In this document: piece by piece, positions 1 to 16,479 of the stretch | Layout: every line of letters starts with the position of its first letter | Position numbering within the stretch: position 1 is the first letter of the stretch | Origin: Octopus sinensis | Lineage: Eukaryota | NCBI RefSeq assembly: GCF_006345805.1 | Contig: NW_021831752.1 | Location: forward strand, 310,001-374,000 | Direction of reading: 5' to 3' | Length of the DNA: 64,000 nucleotides | The notes under the pieces: generated by a model | Told to the model about the DNA's origin: nothing | What the model saw: the letters and a program-made list of their open reading frames with translations, nothing else | The model's database searches: none | Translations under genes and position numbers: made by a program

Positions 1-1091
1 AAAAGAATTTCCGACGCAAATGTACAAATTCTAAATTCAATTCAGGTTTGGAAGGATGCTGCATCTCAAATATTTTATTCACTTTCAATCGCTATTGGAG
101 GAATAATCTGTTTGTCGAGTCACAATCAATTTAAAAATAATGCCATTTTCGACTCAATCATCGTGCCAGTTATGAATTGTGCGACATCATTTTATGTGGG
201 GTTCGCGGTTTTTGGCATAACCGGATACCTTGCTCATTCATCAGGAAAAACAGTCCCAGAAGTAGTACAAAACGGTAATAGCGTTTGACTATTTTTAAGG
301 GTTTGGTTTGGTTTTTGTAGCTTATCCAACTGGTCTTGCTAAACTTCCAGTAGCCCAATTATGGTCAACTCTTTTCTTTTTAATGATGATTCTTCTTGGA
401 GTTGGGTCAATGGTAAAAACTTTTTGATAACATAATCAGGGGACCATAACAGAAGGACTGTTGTATCCTCTAGAAAACATGTTGCCGTATTCCAGTCGAA
501 AAGCTAGCCTTTTATTCAGGATGTTTGTTTGCTCGATAAGTTTTTTATTTGGACTTCCTATGTGTTTTCAAGTTTCCGTTTTGTTTTATTACTCAAAGGG
601 GGGTACTTATCTATTGGATATTCTGGATTCTGGACTTTCAATGTCTTTTTTCTGGGTTGGAATTTTTGAATTGATAGCGGTTATTTATTTTTATGGTTTT
701 CCAGCTGTTTCATTTTATAGGATTTGAAAAATTCAAATACGACATTCAGTTTATGACCAATAAAAAACTAAATATTTATTGGTTTGCCACTCTAAATATA
801 ATCTCGCCAATTGCTCTTTGCGTTTCTAGTTTTTTAAATTGCCTTTAGGTAATTGTGTTTTCTGGATTCAAACATTTTGAATATTCTTCCGCAGCAACAA
901 CAACTAGTCCAAAAGTTTTGAATATTGTTGTTTTTTCATTTCCACTTGTTATGATTGCTTGTTATGCGATTGGCTATGTAATTATCAACCGCTACGTATT
1001 TTTATATATTTTTATTTAGAAAACAATTCAAAAACATCATTGGCTTCCAAAAGAGGGTTACCGTGAAGATTATAAAAATAGTCTGGTTTAA
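1..1091 (+). CDS. SLC6 sodium:neurotransmitter/amino-acid symporter, 3' part (5' end outside window), multi-exon
   Basis: Spliced translation gives [49 protein letters not shown] and G|[10 protein letters not shown], typical SLC6 TM motifs; 25-27 nt GT-AG introns. Confidence 0.85.
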
Positions 1092-1201
1092 TTTTAACAA
1101 AAATAATATTAAAAAATAAAAATTTGTGTTACTATTTTTCAAATGTAATTCTTAACTCGGTTAAAGACCCGACCGCTGAATTCTAAACACTTTGTGTTCT
1201 T

Positions 1202-2227
1202 TTTTTTTTTTAAATTGATATTTTATTAAATTAAAGACCAAATAAAGTTTTAATTAATTAGTATGACCCTAGGATAGCGTGTGAATTTCCGCGGACAATT
1301 GCACACGAAATCCTCTGGAAGAGCCACGACGTCTCCCGGGGATCACCTGTTTTTTTGGAGATTAGACCACCAAATCTTCGAATGAACGAGAAACTCTCTG
1401 TTCCAAAGACTCCAGAAGTCTCCACAGCGATCGGCTGGAAAAGATATCTGTCTGCCAGGAAAGAGTATTTCTTTTTCTTCAACTCTTCAGAACGTTTTGC
1501 AGCAGAGCCAGGAAAGGATGCCGAACTTCCGAATGAAGAAGGTCCAAACGTGTCAGGGCAGGTAAAATCCCAAACAAGTGATTTCCCTCTCGTGTACGGG
1601 TAGATGGTTACGCCGTCTGGGCGTTTGCCATCCCCTCTATCGAGACCAGCTGGTTCGAGTTGAGAGTGGAATCCGGCAGCGTCCATGGCCCTTTTGATGA
1701 TGTCATTGGCGGCGGAATGTCGGGGAAAACGGCCGGCACTACGAGTGCAAGAAAGTGGGTGCCTTCCCAATGGACCAATCCTCTTTCCACATTTGCAGGG
1801 GTGTAGGGTGCACATCGGTAAGCCGAGACGTAGACATAGGCCGATCCTAATGGTATCGTCGTCCAGTTTACAGCCGGTAGACGCAATAGGACAAGCGCTT
1901 ATCCAGGAGCCAGAATTGGGTTGTGCACCCGATCTGAGACATATGATCCGTTCTTGGTCCATGCACAGTTCGATAACTCTGTAAGTCTCCCCGCACCAGA
2001 TTTCGTCCCAATGTCTCTGTGAAGATTCCACTTCGGGGAGTCTCAGACCATGACTGCTCCATGACTCGAGGCCGTTTTGCATCCACCGACACGGGGTACA
2101 TTCATTTAAAGACTTGAGAATGACGCCGATGAGGGACCACAAAATGATCGTGAGGCCAAATAGGCTGGAAGAGCCAAGTCGGAAGGTGAACGGAGACCGA
2201 TACCTCCCATACGAATAGGTAGGGAAG
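1202..2227 (-). mobile_element. CRE-clade non-LTR retrotransposon, 5'-truncated (RLE domain and poly-A tail)
   Basis: LPIRMGGIGLR, CxC..H..SC zinc knuckle, KRPDG RLE motif; poly-T at 1202-1211; exact 12-bp TSD ctttgtgttctt at 1190-1201 and 2228-2239. Confidence 0.9.
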
Positions 2228-2244
2228 CTTTGTGTTCTTAAAGT

Positions 2245-2400
2245 ATGACTATGCAACTATCACAATACGATGATGACAGCGCTCTTTACTCATTGAACTA
2301 TAGCCACACAAAAATTCGTAATATTTCTTTCCAAATGTGTTCCACAAACAGTACCCTAAACAGCTTTTTAGAATTGAAATAAAGTGCTTTTTCCTGTCTG
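2245..2400 (-). pseudogene. Degenerate fragment of ornithine aminotransferase
   Basis: Translates [31 protein letters not shown] versus [30 protein letters not shown] in the gene near 6230-6310; retains the homologous intron. Confidence 0.7.
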
Positions 2401-2556
2401 AAAAAATACACAAGTATCAAAAGTAGGTCATTTAACATAAATTAATAACAATCGATCGACTATCAACTAAATATTGACGATTAAAAATAAATGAAACAAT
2501 AAAAACGAAAATTCGAATAAAAAGAACAACCCAAAAAGTAAAAGGAAGTTAACAAA

Positions 2557-3039
2557 CTAAAGATTTCCGCAATCAGAAACGATTACGTCAGCCAGAGGTT
2601 TATCGGACCTATCAGTTTGAGTCCCTTCGATTTTTCTGACAACGTCCATTCCGCTAGTAACTTCTCCAAAAACAACGTGTTTTCCGTTCAAATGGGGAGT
2701 ATTCACTGTTGTAATGAAAAATTGTGATCCATTGGTGTTGCGGCCGGCATTGGCCATGGACAAGAGAAATGGTTTGTCGTGTTTTAAATCGAAATTCTCA
2801 TCATTGAACTTCTCACCGTAGATCGAACGACCACCTGTTCCGTTGTGATTTGTGTAGTCGCCGCCTTGAATCATAAAGCTCTTGATGACCCGGTGAAATT
2901 TGGAATTCTTGTACATCTTGGTTTCGCAAAGCTGTTGGAAATTTTTGGCAGTCCTCGGTACAACTTTGTCGTAGAGAAGAAACTCAATTCTACCGAGACT
3001 ACTGCCAGATTGAGTAATATCAAAAAACACGCGACTCAT
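2557..3039 (-). CDS. Cyclophilin-type peptidyl-prolyl isomerase, single domain, intronless (160 aa from MSRVFF)
   Basis: [42 protein letters not shown]; ATG at 3039. Confidence 0.95.
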   Translation of the reverse strand: MSRVFFDITQSGSSLGRIEFLLYDKVVPRTAKNFQQLCETKMYKNSKFHRVIKSFMIQGGDYTNHNGTGGRSIYGEKFNDENFDLKHDKPFLLSMANAGRNTNGSQFFITTVNTPHLNGKHVVFGEVTSGMDVVRKIEGTQTDRSDKPLADVIVSDCGNL

Positions 3040-4367
3040 TAAGAACAAATAGAACAATGTCACGTTATTGGAAAATTGATTAATTTTTTGGTAAACCATT
3101 CTAAAACAAATTATTCTTTAACAAAAAATAATATAGAATATTATTTTACAATAGTCTAGTATGCTAGGGGCTAACAATGGAATCTTGTTTAAATACCGTT
3201 TAATAACGGAAATTGAGTTACCGTCTAAAATTTTGCTAATGTTTTCACTGTAGTCATAAAACAGATCATTGTTCTCTTTTAGGATGAGACAATCGGAACG
3301 GCCTTTGGATATTCTGAAACTAAAAACTTTCGTTTTGAGGTAACTTTTATCAGCACAGCAAATGCTCTTCCAGAAAGTATTTACACCTGAAGTTTTTTAT
3401 CAACTGTGCGGACTCCGATCACCTTGTTTGTCATTGAGAATGGCTCTCAGCCAAAGCTGCAACAGACTCGAACGACAAGCATTTGGACCACAATGGCGAT
3501 TATTAAACCCACTGTTTGGTAAAATCAAAGACAAACGTGAGTTCAGTTTTAAAAATCGTCGCGGAGATGGTACCAAAAAAACTTTAAAATGATGAATAGA
3601 GGCCATCGACGAATCGAAGCTGAGGGAACGTTAATCTTATAATATTTGGATTCTCAGTAAACTTGCAATTTCAGACGGCATAATTTATAAATCTAAAAAC
3701 AAATAAAAAATAGCATTCAAAATCAACTTGGCTGACTCTATTCTTTACTGGGTGGATCAGAAGATCTACACTGAGTGCAAATGATCTTGAAATCAATTCA
3801 GTCTTTCTTAAAACGAACTCAAATGACGGAAATATTCGTTCAACTTATGCAGAACTTGTTCGATTCTTTCAGTTCCTTGGAATTCAACGGCCAATAACAG
3901 CTGTTTCTTAAATATATCATCCGCCTAACGTTATTAATCTTTTTCTATTTCCTTCTATTATAAAACATGCCTGCCTTTGTGAAAATAAGCTTAGTTTGAT
4001 GTAAAAAAACATCTGCATATTTAAAAAGTAAATCATTCAATTTTATTTTTACGAGTTTGAATTTCTAATATGTCGAGAGCCGAGAATGAAACCGATCCCA
4101 GACCAAAACCATGGCAGCTGTCATCAATGTTAATTCTTTTCAAAAATAAGATAATCAAATATTTTTCAAAGAAAGCATTAACTAATTATTTTTGAATCTC
4201 TTTTTAAGAAGTTTAGAATCCATCTTCCTCACTATCTTTAACATTGACAAAATTGTTGGAAAATTTTGCAACAATAGTGACAGCATCTTCGTAAGGAAAC
4301 TCAAACCTTTGCAGACGTAGTGAAAGATTAGTTACATAGTTCTTTTGAATACGAACCTTTTAAGTAA

Positions 4368-4970
4368 TTATAAATTGGATACTTTTTCTCCAATGTTTAA
4401 TTCATAAAAAAATTCTTCTAATTTGTAGGCCATTTCTCTTCCAGTTTTGTTCAGTATTTTTTTGGTGAATGCATATTTTGAATTTATGTCTAGTACAGAC
4501 ATTAAACAAGAAAAATGATCATTTTGATTCTTAAATCTACAATAATAACTAATAAAATTTAAAACTTTTAAGATCAATCAAATCGACTTGAAACCTTTCT
4601 ATAGGTAAATCAGCGACAATATGGCTTGAATCATCATACTGTGGCACAGCAAACTTGCATATATTGCAATCACTGTGACTTAACGAATGATGTTTTGCTT
4701 GATTAGAAAATATCTTCTTCTGCAAAGTGCATCCAGAGCATTGTGTCCCAATGGTTTGTTTCCTAGATTTCTTGAGCAATGATTTTCATTTAAAACGAGC
4801 TTGTGAAGTCGATTAGTATTTTGCAGATATAGCTTTCCGTCAATAAGAATGAAATTTTCTGTTTTCTTTTTTAGTCGAAATTTTTCATCTTTCGAAATAT
4901 CCACGTCTTGCCTTTCAAGGACAAATTTCAGTAGATTGTACTCGGCATCATCTTTAACAAACATCTCCAT
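4368..4970 (-). mobile_element. Degenerate rve-type integrase/transposase (Ginger/Gypsy-like) remnant
   Basis: Frameshifted pieces: PLGHNAL..CNIC (HHCC-like), ERFQVDLIDL, VLDINSKYAF; termini not identified. Confidence 0.6.
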
Positions 4971-5049
4971 TTGGGATAATAGGCTAACATAATTATTCTA
5001 ACGTGGATTATTGAAAAGAAATTTTTGATTAGAGAATAATTAGTGTTAA

Positions 5050-6522
5050 TTAAAGAGATTCGACTGTTTCTCGAATGATCATTGTAGCATCCAATAATTC
5101 ATCCTCAGTGATAGTTAAAGCTGGAGCAAATCGTATTCTGTCATGGTGAGTTGATTTAGTTAATAGGCCATTACAACTCGTCAGCACTGTATTCTATACG
5201 TTAGGGTCGATAAATCTACCTTTTTTAATCACAATTCCGTTAAAAAGACCTTTCCCTCTAACATCCTGAACGTATTTTGAGTCAATTTTATTCATTTCTC
5301 GTCTGAAAATCTGTCCAAGATATTCAGATTTCTCAGCCAATTTTTCTTCCTCAATAACCTAATTAAATGCTATTTCTAAACTGACCTTCAACGCCTCCAT
5401 TGCGACCCGAGATGCGAGTGGGTTGCCTCCATAAGTCGATCCGTGAGTTCCCGGATTCATTGTCAGCATCACTTCATCGTCGGCCAACACACAGGAAACC
5501 TACAAATCACATTTTATAAAAACAGGCAAAAGTCCACCAGAGAGTGCCTTCCCTAGAATAACCATATCTGGTCGCACATTCTCATGGTCAATACAAAGAC
5601 GCCTAATTCGGTTTAAAACGTCAAAAGAACTTTCCAGTTCTTGCTAAGCCAGTTTGGACCTCGTCTGCTATAAACAGAACATTGTTTCGTTTGGTTATTT
5701 CCCTGACTCCTTTGAGATACCCCTCCTGAGGAACCACAATTCCGGCCTCCCCCTGAATTGGCTCCACCATAAAGGCGCAGACGTTTTTGTCTTGGCATGC
5801 TTTCTGCCATTTTAAGAATAAAAGACCTCGAGACTCTCCAAATCATCGTAAGGGATCATCAAAACTCCCGGAAGGTAAGGACCGTAGTCTTCATAGCACG
5901 AAGGGTCACTCGATGAGGAAACAGCCGACATGGTCCGTCCCCAAAAATTGTTTTGAGCGTATATAATTTTCGCTTCATTTTGAGGAATTTTTTTGACTTT
6001 GTAACCCCATTTTTTGGCCAATTTGCAAGCAGTCTCACCGCCTTCTACGCCTGCACAGTTTTGTCACTTTTAGAGTTAATACCCGAGTTCATCGGCAGAA
6101 CTTTGTCATATCCGAATAGATTTGTAATATATTTAGCATATTGTATAAACACGTCATTATGGAACGCACGTGAGGACAATGTGAGTTTGCTGGCTTGGTC
6201 TACCAATGCTGCCACAATCCGAGGATGGCAGTGCCCTTGATTCATCGAGCTATAGCCACACAGAAAATCGTAATATTTCTTCCCAAAAGTGTCCCATACA
6301 TAGCATCCTAAATAGCATTTTTGACTAAAATAAAATGCCTTCTCCTCGCTGAATAACAACCGGTTGTGGAACATAATTGTGGGCACTGTATTTAAAGGCA
6401 GTTTCTATCGCCGTGGTGTCTTCCTTATACGGAAGGCCCTTCATGATAGAAGCTGCTGTAATAAACGTCACAATTATTATACAGGAACTTAATCTTCGAA
6501 ATAGGGGAATATTTTTCAACAT
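5050..6522 (-). CDS. OAT: Ornithine aminotransferase, mitochondrial, multi-exon
   Basis: [73 protein letters not shown]; introns 6456-6482 (27 nt) and 6308-6338 (31 nt, GC-AG). Confidence 0.93.
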
Positions 6523-7165
6523 TTTACTGACTTGATATCGTAATCCAGGTTAATAAGCGTAATGGGTTGCCGATAATCGGAAATTCGATAAATATTTAAT
6601 CATTAAGCATAATTTAAGAAATATTTTTATTTTTAGGTCATAAAAAATAATTTAATCTAAAAAATAAACTTTGTCGAAATGAAATCTGAACTGTAAAAAT
6701 ACAAAAATTATATTTTAATGAGATTTCTGGTTATTAAAATGATTAATTATTGTGGTAATGTCGGTTGGGTGTGGCTGATGACGAGTCATAATTTTTATCA
6801 AGTTAAAATTTTTTAAATGTCTAACAACCCCTAAACTTTAATAAAATTTTGATAATTGTCTTAAGAGACGTCATTTGGGATGAAAGTGGATAAAATAAAT
6901 TGGACATTACATAGGCCAGCTTTAACACGTTTCATAAATTGCCAAAAATTATTAATTTTTGGCTTTCTGGGTGTGCCATATTTTATAAAAAGATGTCTGC
7001 TCGATTATCTAAAAGCTGATATGATTGCACAGGACACTCTCCAGGTAAAGACTTACTATGTAAAATAAACTCACATTAAATATGGTCATTTCTACATTAA
7101 ATATACCAGAATAAAGATGGAATGTAACAGAAGGAATAAAATCAAGTAAAAGAATAGAGGAAATG

Positions 7166-9330
7166 TCAATCGGCACTCCCAAGGAGGGAATACTGATAAG
7201 ACAGTGCCTCACTTAGTCCAGAACACATGGCATCGACATCAGTGATCTCAGATAACAAAAACGTGGTGATGGAGAATAAAATAAACTCGTCTTGAGGATT
7301 ATAGCAAATCCCGTATCCATTCTGACAGGCAGGACCAAACACGAGAACACCCTCTCCTGAAATGGGGACTTGACTGGTAGATATTCTGAAACGAAAATAG
7401 TCCCCAAATGCCTCATTCTCAAAAAATGAAGGCAAAGTGACCCCGTTTTCCATCCCAATCCATTTGAGAGCGCTTAAATGTCTGTCTGTCCCCTTTCCGG
7501 AAACAGCCTACCTCAATAAGAAAGACCAACCATAAGTGTGGCCTTGGAATGTGCGTTTATTGCAGTCTTTAGTTTTTCTCGATTCAAAGACCTCAATGTC
7601 CCTGCATTATCGACATCCTGAACAAAGGAACAGACTGCGTCAGTGCATCCTCGAATATTGTCAGTCCTCCCTTTCCTGAATTTCCGAGTGGCCCCCGATT
7701 CATAGGTTGCCGTGAAATGCCGGTGGAGCCTGTTTGATCACGGAAACCAGAAACCGGTAATATGCCAACTGGAATGCCACCTGAATGAACGCATCGGGAG
7801 AGATCTTTAAAGATTTGATCAAATTTTTCCCGAATTTGTCAAATTTGAGATATCGACAACCCACGTTGTTTATTTTTCTAAAAATCGTTTTTGAAGTACT
7901 TTTGAATGTGCAAAAACGCGGAATCAATATCGTTCTCCATTTCTTCGTCGACGGACCAATTCAACTTTTTTGGATTTGATCCAAATTGGCGGGAATATTC
8001 CATCACCCCATCGAGTGGGGATCTAAAAAATGATTAAAAAAACCACGTTTTCGGGTCGTGGATGAATTGAGCCAGTTTAGCCAAGGCCACCCCTTCGGCA
8101 GGGGTATGTTCGTAGGTCATTCCGTAGTACCCGTCCTCGAGTTTGTAAACGAGCTGCAGAGTCTTGTCAAACCATCTATTTGCGGTGTGTGTCCCATGTC
8201 CGTGCAACATGTGGGCAAGAACTGAGCTTTTAGTACTTTTTGTGTCATTTTCTTTATTATTATTTATATCTATCACATTTATTTTATTAGTAATTTAAAT
8301 ATATTAAATTATTTAAATTATCTACCTGGTGTGTCTATGCACAGAATACATATGCAGTCCAATATAGTACAAATATTCGCTACATTTAAAGAATCTAGAA
8401 AAAAATAATCAAATTTCCTAATAAAATACGCTGGTAAAGTTTGGTAAAACATCTGGCCCATTTATCCCGAGTCCAACTAGTGAGAATACCCATTTTAGGC
8501 TCAGCAACAGACACATCACAATTATCCAACAAATGCTGTATCTGTGTCTGCAAGACATCCACACTCAACGGCAGACCATCCCCATCATACAAATCAAACC
8601 GATAGAACTAGGATAAGTCAATTTAGACAGACCCCGTTTTTATAGGCAATCACAATGTGCTGAGAATTCTTTATGTGGATTTGGTCTTGGTGTGGCAGAG
8701 GTACTCGGTAGACTCCAAGGATGTTATAATACTGATGCATACATAGTTTATTCGATCCAACATATTCGGTAGGAAATTTACCCCTATTTATTAATTACCA
8801 CAAATTAATTATTTATATAATTAAAAGAATATAATAAATAAAATAAATAATAATGATGTGGTGTGGGACACAAAAAATTGACAGTCAGCGTGAATAATTA
8901 CCAACCTTTCAAGCATTTCCTTGTAGTGAATCACTGCATTGAGAATATGTGCAATAGTCCTAGCGATTTAGTGACATTATAAACTCTGAGTGTGATTTGT
9001 CCTCTTTTTTCTGTCCAAGAAAGATCCCAGGACTGGTGGTGATAACAACTGAATCCCTCGTTTTCAAATAACCATATTTTAGCCAAAAATCAGAAATCTT
9101 TAATAATTTGGACAAAAAACCCAATTTTCTTTATCTTCACCAAGTTTGATGAGCATATTTTGCATTTCATAAATGTTTTGTCCCTTCATCATGTCTTCAG
9201 CGTCTTTATTAGCCTGATTGAAGTGTGCTGTACTGCTGATTCTCTTGACTTCTTCGAGATATGTACTGACAGTGTCATTTAGGTTAGGAATTGGGAGTTT
9301 AGGGAGGGTTTGTTTAGTTGAGTATTTCAT
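7166..9330 (-). CDS. CRAT: Carnitine O-acetyltransferase (choline/carnitine acyltransferase family), multi-exon
   Basis: LPKLPIPNL, NRWFDKTLQ, YEHTPAEG (catalytic His), SPDAFIQVAFQLAYYR, GKGTDRHL, ISTSQV, FGPACQNGYGICYNP. Confidence 0.88.
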
Positions 9331-9789
9331 GGATATGCCTTTCTGTTATGATTAATAGATAATTTACCAAAACATCGGAAAATTTGGCTATAAAATGTGG
9401 TCTGCAGCGAATTGAAAACATTATGCGTAAACCCACCCCACCTAACTGGTTATCCTATATTTATTTTACTTGTCTTTTTATTATTCGAATATGTCTCTTT
9501 ATTCGAATTTAGACAAGTAATAGAAACTCGTCCAAAGAGTTTTTAATAACATTCATTTATTAAGGTCAGATTGCCTTCTCTTTGTAGTTTAACTTTTTAT
9601 CTTTATAGTCACCCAGTGCTATCTCTTTTTAGTCTAGTTGAGTAATCCACATCATTAGAGTGGCAGTCTATTCGGAAATTCATTTACTAGTTCAATCTGC
9701 AACAAGTTTACAAAAAAGACGAATATTATATTTTATTGACAACTGCATTATAATTGCATTACAACAATGAATTAATAGACCGATATTAA

Positions 9790-10260
9790 TTCGAAGGCGT
9801 AGTTTACTCTTCTGGAAGATTAACTTGGGGATAAAACATCGAAGGACCACAAACTAGTTAATCTGTATGTTCTTATGGATGGTTCAAAGTATTGACGATA
9901 AATGTTCGCCAATCCGGATAAACTTTTCAGCACGTTTGTAGTCTGTTCACATTTCCGAGAAAGAGAAAGAAAGTGTGTAGAAAGTGTGGAGAGAAAGAGA
10001 GATGCATGTCCAGAGTCACTCCTAGGACTGGCTACTTGTGTTAAAAGGCATGCCCACATTGTTCACTGTCGTTCTTTCCAATCTTTTATTAGATGTAAAA
10101 AAGACGTAGCGTTCACAACGAGCTGGTTATCAGTTAAACAAACGCTAAGCCGATCCAGATTAGCTTGGAGCTTTTCAGAGCCTTCTGGATGTCTCGGTCC
10201 CGTGAAGTCAATACGAGTCATCGGGATAAAATAAAGAGGGATACTCCATTAGGCAAAAGA
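9790..10260 (-). mobile_element. Highly degenerate non-LTR reverse transcriptase remnant (jockey/I-like)
   Basis: Across frameshifts: YPDD..LVLTS, LQANLDRLSVCLTDNQLVVN, VLGVTLDMHLSFSPH; resembles the element at 56494-58148. Confidence 0.5.
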
Positions 10261-10416
10261 CGGAGACTTTACCCCCTTTCGTCCACTTAGGAATCTTAGA
10301 ACACAATCCTTGGATTTTTATCACAAAAAAGAAATTCTTTTAATTATATAATAATTAGTGAATAATTAAGAGAATATAATTAGAGCGCTTTCAAGTCAGT
10401 CTTGTGGAATATCAAA

Positions 10417-13176
<2,760 letters not shown>

Positions 13177-13272
13177 CTTTTCTACTTAATTATATGGTTG
13201 ATTTTTTGATTTATTAATTTTTGTTTTTTAATAAATTTTTGAATTTATATTTCTTGTGGTTGTTTACATTGG

Positions 13273-14830
13273 ATGAGAAGGGCGTCTAAACAACTAGAAG
13301 AAGGCCAGTTGTCTGACTGTGAGAATGCTGTATTTCACTTACTAGTCGACTATCCCGATGGATTGGACGCAGATCTAATGGGAAACGAGCAAGACAGGAC
13401 ATGGCTGGCAAACCTAACTGAAATCGAGCGCGAACAGGAGCTGTTTAAAAGGGCAGAAAGACGTGAAATGGACCAAATGAGGTCTGAACTGCAAAAATCC
13501 CTCCGCGAAGGAAAAACCGAAAAAACCCATCGTTATTTCCCGCCAAATCCAGAAATTGCCGCAGCCATGAAAAAGTTACAAAATGAGCGCCAAAACAAAA
13601 CAAAATGTAACCCATTCCTCCCATTTCAGCCCATTCCACCACCCTCAAGATCGAGGAGGTGTATTCCTCAGACGAAAGCGAGTTCTTCTCCAAAGACAAC
13701 TTCGAGGACATGAGCGAGGGAGGCAGTCCAGACGACACAGCCTTCTCCACTGCCTCACTGAAGCAGCTCAATGCAGCCAGAGTGTCTCGTTCATGTTTTG
13801 AAAAGTTATATTTGGTCTAAACTGTCAGATGGATACACTATGTCCACTTCCGGAAGTTGGTTGTGGGTTGTTTTGTCCGTATAAATGGCGGGAATGAAGA
13901 TGGGTTGCCAGTCTATAAAGTGGGGACCCTCTCTAATGTAGATTGCCCGGATTAAAGACTTTGTGGAGACACCCTCGGTCTACAAATTGGGAAAAACTCG
14001 TACAAACGTGGCTATTCGTGCAATGTAGACACGTGACTATATTTGAAGTGTTGGCGGGAAAAGTCGAGTGATTAGACTCGAGTTTGTCTCCAACGGGGAA
14101 TTTACTCAAGTGGAATATTCCGGGTGGAGAGGAGAGGGTGGAGACCTCCCATCATCAGAACAAGTCGAGTCAAAGGCAGAAGACCTTCGATCAGTGGAGA
14201 CGTACAATTTGGCGGGAAAAGATTTTGAATTGATGATAATTGAGAAAGACAAATTCGAAGATTTGCAGACATGTCCAGCAAAACGTAAATGTCTGCTTTT
14301 GAAGACATTGGTAACCCACTGATGGGGACTGGCAGGAGGAGGCTAAGGACGAAGGGGACCTCGGTCGGTTGGAGAGGATCCAGAAGGAGTTGAAGGACAT
14401 TGACAGTGGGAGGAGGAAAGACAAGGATGCCATTTTGCAAATAAACGAACGGAATCGAGCTTTGGACATGTCTGAGATAATTTTGGAGACTCGGGAGTCA
14501 ATATTGTCTGATCCATTCACTCGGAGACAATGTCGTCCTTCATTTATGGCACAAGTATATGTTTGTCCTCACTTAAGGCCTCTCCTTTGCACGAGGGAGG
14601 AGATGGACTGGTGGAGGAGGTGGTTTTAAAGGAAGAGGACAAGCCTGCGGATAGTCTATTTGATGCTCATAATTTTGATATTCAGTTGGATTTGGTCAAT
14701 ATTGAGGATAAGAGTGGTTGTGGTTGTTTATGCTATGACAGATGATCAAGTACAGGTCCTCTCCTCAACGCTCTCGGAGGGTCGGTCTATTAACTTGGAG
14801 GACTATAAGAAACGGAAGAGACTTATTTGA
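13273..14830 (+). CDS. RTF1: RNA polymerase-associated protein RTF1 (Plus3 domain), multi-exon
   Basis: DLMGNEQDRTWLANLTEIEREQELFKR, VGCFVRING, RLEFVSNGEFT, DPFTRRQCRP, C-terminal SINLEDYKKRKRLI. Confidence 0.92.
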
Positions 14831-15194
14831 TATCTTTTTCTTTTTATGCTACCATTTTACTGTCTTTGGCTTAGGAATTGTATTTTATAGGCACTAAAAA
14901 AGTTGGAATTATATTTTAGGAATTGTATTTAGGAATTAATTAAGTTGATATTTGTTGAATTCACCAACCTCACATTAAGCTGGATAATAGATGATATTTC
15001 CCGCCTATTCGACACTACTGTTCTCTGGTAATCCAGGGTAAAATGTTTTATAGCAATTTTAATTGACAAAATATAAAAGAAAGCTGTTTAGTTCATTAAT
15101 TAAAGAAGAAATATATTTGTGATAACCAATTAAAATAATGATTTTTTAATTACATAACAATAAATATTGAGTGTGGTGTTCTTGTTGTCTAGCC

Positions 15195-16229
15195 ATGATT
15201 ATTCGATTTATGAACTTAAAAAAGGAGGAATTTCAAGTCGAAATCCCCGGAGAGGACACAAATGTAAACTTATAGCAAACTAAAGCAGATCTATGAACTG
15301 AAAAAACTCATCACTCAAAGCTTTGATGAAGAAAAGTTCCCGACAGACAAAATAAAGTTGATTTATTCTGGTAGTCTCCACCATTATGGATAGGAAACAT
15401 TCTCAACAACGACGATAATTTGAGCAAATACAACTATAATCCTTCCAATCTAATAATCTGCATTGTCTGCTATTCCTCCTCTCATTTTAGGTCCCTGCCT
15501 TAAAGAAGACATCTGTCCAACCCACAGCCCCCGAACCAGTTTCTCAACCACCCCAGACATTGACAACAATGCAGGCTGAATCTCTCGAACAGGCAGTTGG
15601 TGTAGTCGCAGATATGGGATTCGACCGAAATGAGGCAGAAAAGGCTTTGCGGACCACTTATTTAAACGTGGACAGAGCAGTTGAGTTGTTACTGTCCAAT
15701 GTAACCTATTTCTAATCACTACAGCAAACTCAACCCGCCCCTACAACCTCTTCCATTCAACAAGAAGGTTTGTTATTACATAATGTTATTTGTAATAGAT
15801 TCTTTGAGCAGATTGCTGGAGAATAATCCGAGTTTTGAGCAAATTCGTGACACTTTGTTGGCTGATCCTTCACTTTTGGGTTCCTTTTCGAATATGATCA
15901 ATGATGAGAACCCAGAGATTGCCAGGGTTGTGGTGTAGATTACATTTTTTCAGCTTATTAGAGAAAATCCTCAACAAATGTTGGAATTGCTCAATTCTGC
16001 TAGAGAAGGGTTTACACTGGAGAATCAGTTTGTTCAGCCTGAGGGGGCTACGTTAGCACAGGAGGATATTGCACCTCAGAGATTGCAAGTTACAGAGGAC
16101 GAGATGACTAAGGCTCAGTCACTTGCTTCTTCTTTTGGATTTCCTTTGTCGCAGTGTGTAGAGGCTCTACGTATTTGTAACGGAGATGTCAATTTAGCTG
16201 CGAGTTACCTCTTCGATAACGCTGAGTGA
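15195..16229 (+). CDS. RAD23: UV excision repair protein RAD23 (UBL, UBA, STI1/XPC-binding, UBA), multi-exon
   Basis: UBL with KLIYSG; UBA1 MGFDRNEAEKALRTTYLNVDRAVELLLS; ENPQQMLELLN; UBA2 SFGFPLSQCVEALRICNGDVNLAASYLF. Confidence 0.92.
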
Positions 16230-16479
16230 TTTCGTTGACATTCGTTTTTTGAATTTTGTTATTTTCTTTATAATTCTTATATTGTTTGTGGTGGTTAATG
16301 TTTTATCATGGTTAACCATATTCTCGCATTTGGTTGTTAACGGGAATCGATTTTGTTTTACATAGATTTGATTGTTTGAAAATGTATGAGTAAATTGAAA
16401 CAGAAAATCAAATTATTTCATCAAGAAAATCGATTTATTTGATTTAATTCGGGGCAAATGAAAAAGAAAAATCAATGGT

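Noticed and set aside
3150-4130. Coding or TE sequence downstream of the cyclophilin promoter
   Set aside because: ORFs 3362-3592 and 3400-3606 show no recognisable family and I could not assign exons.
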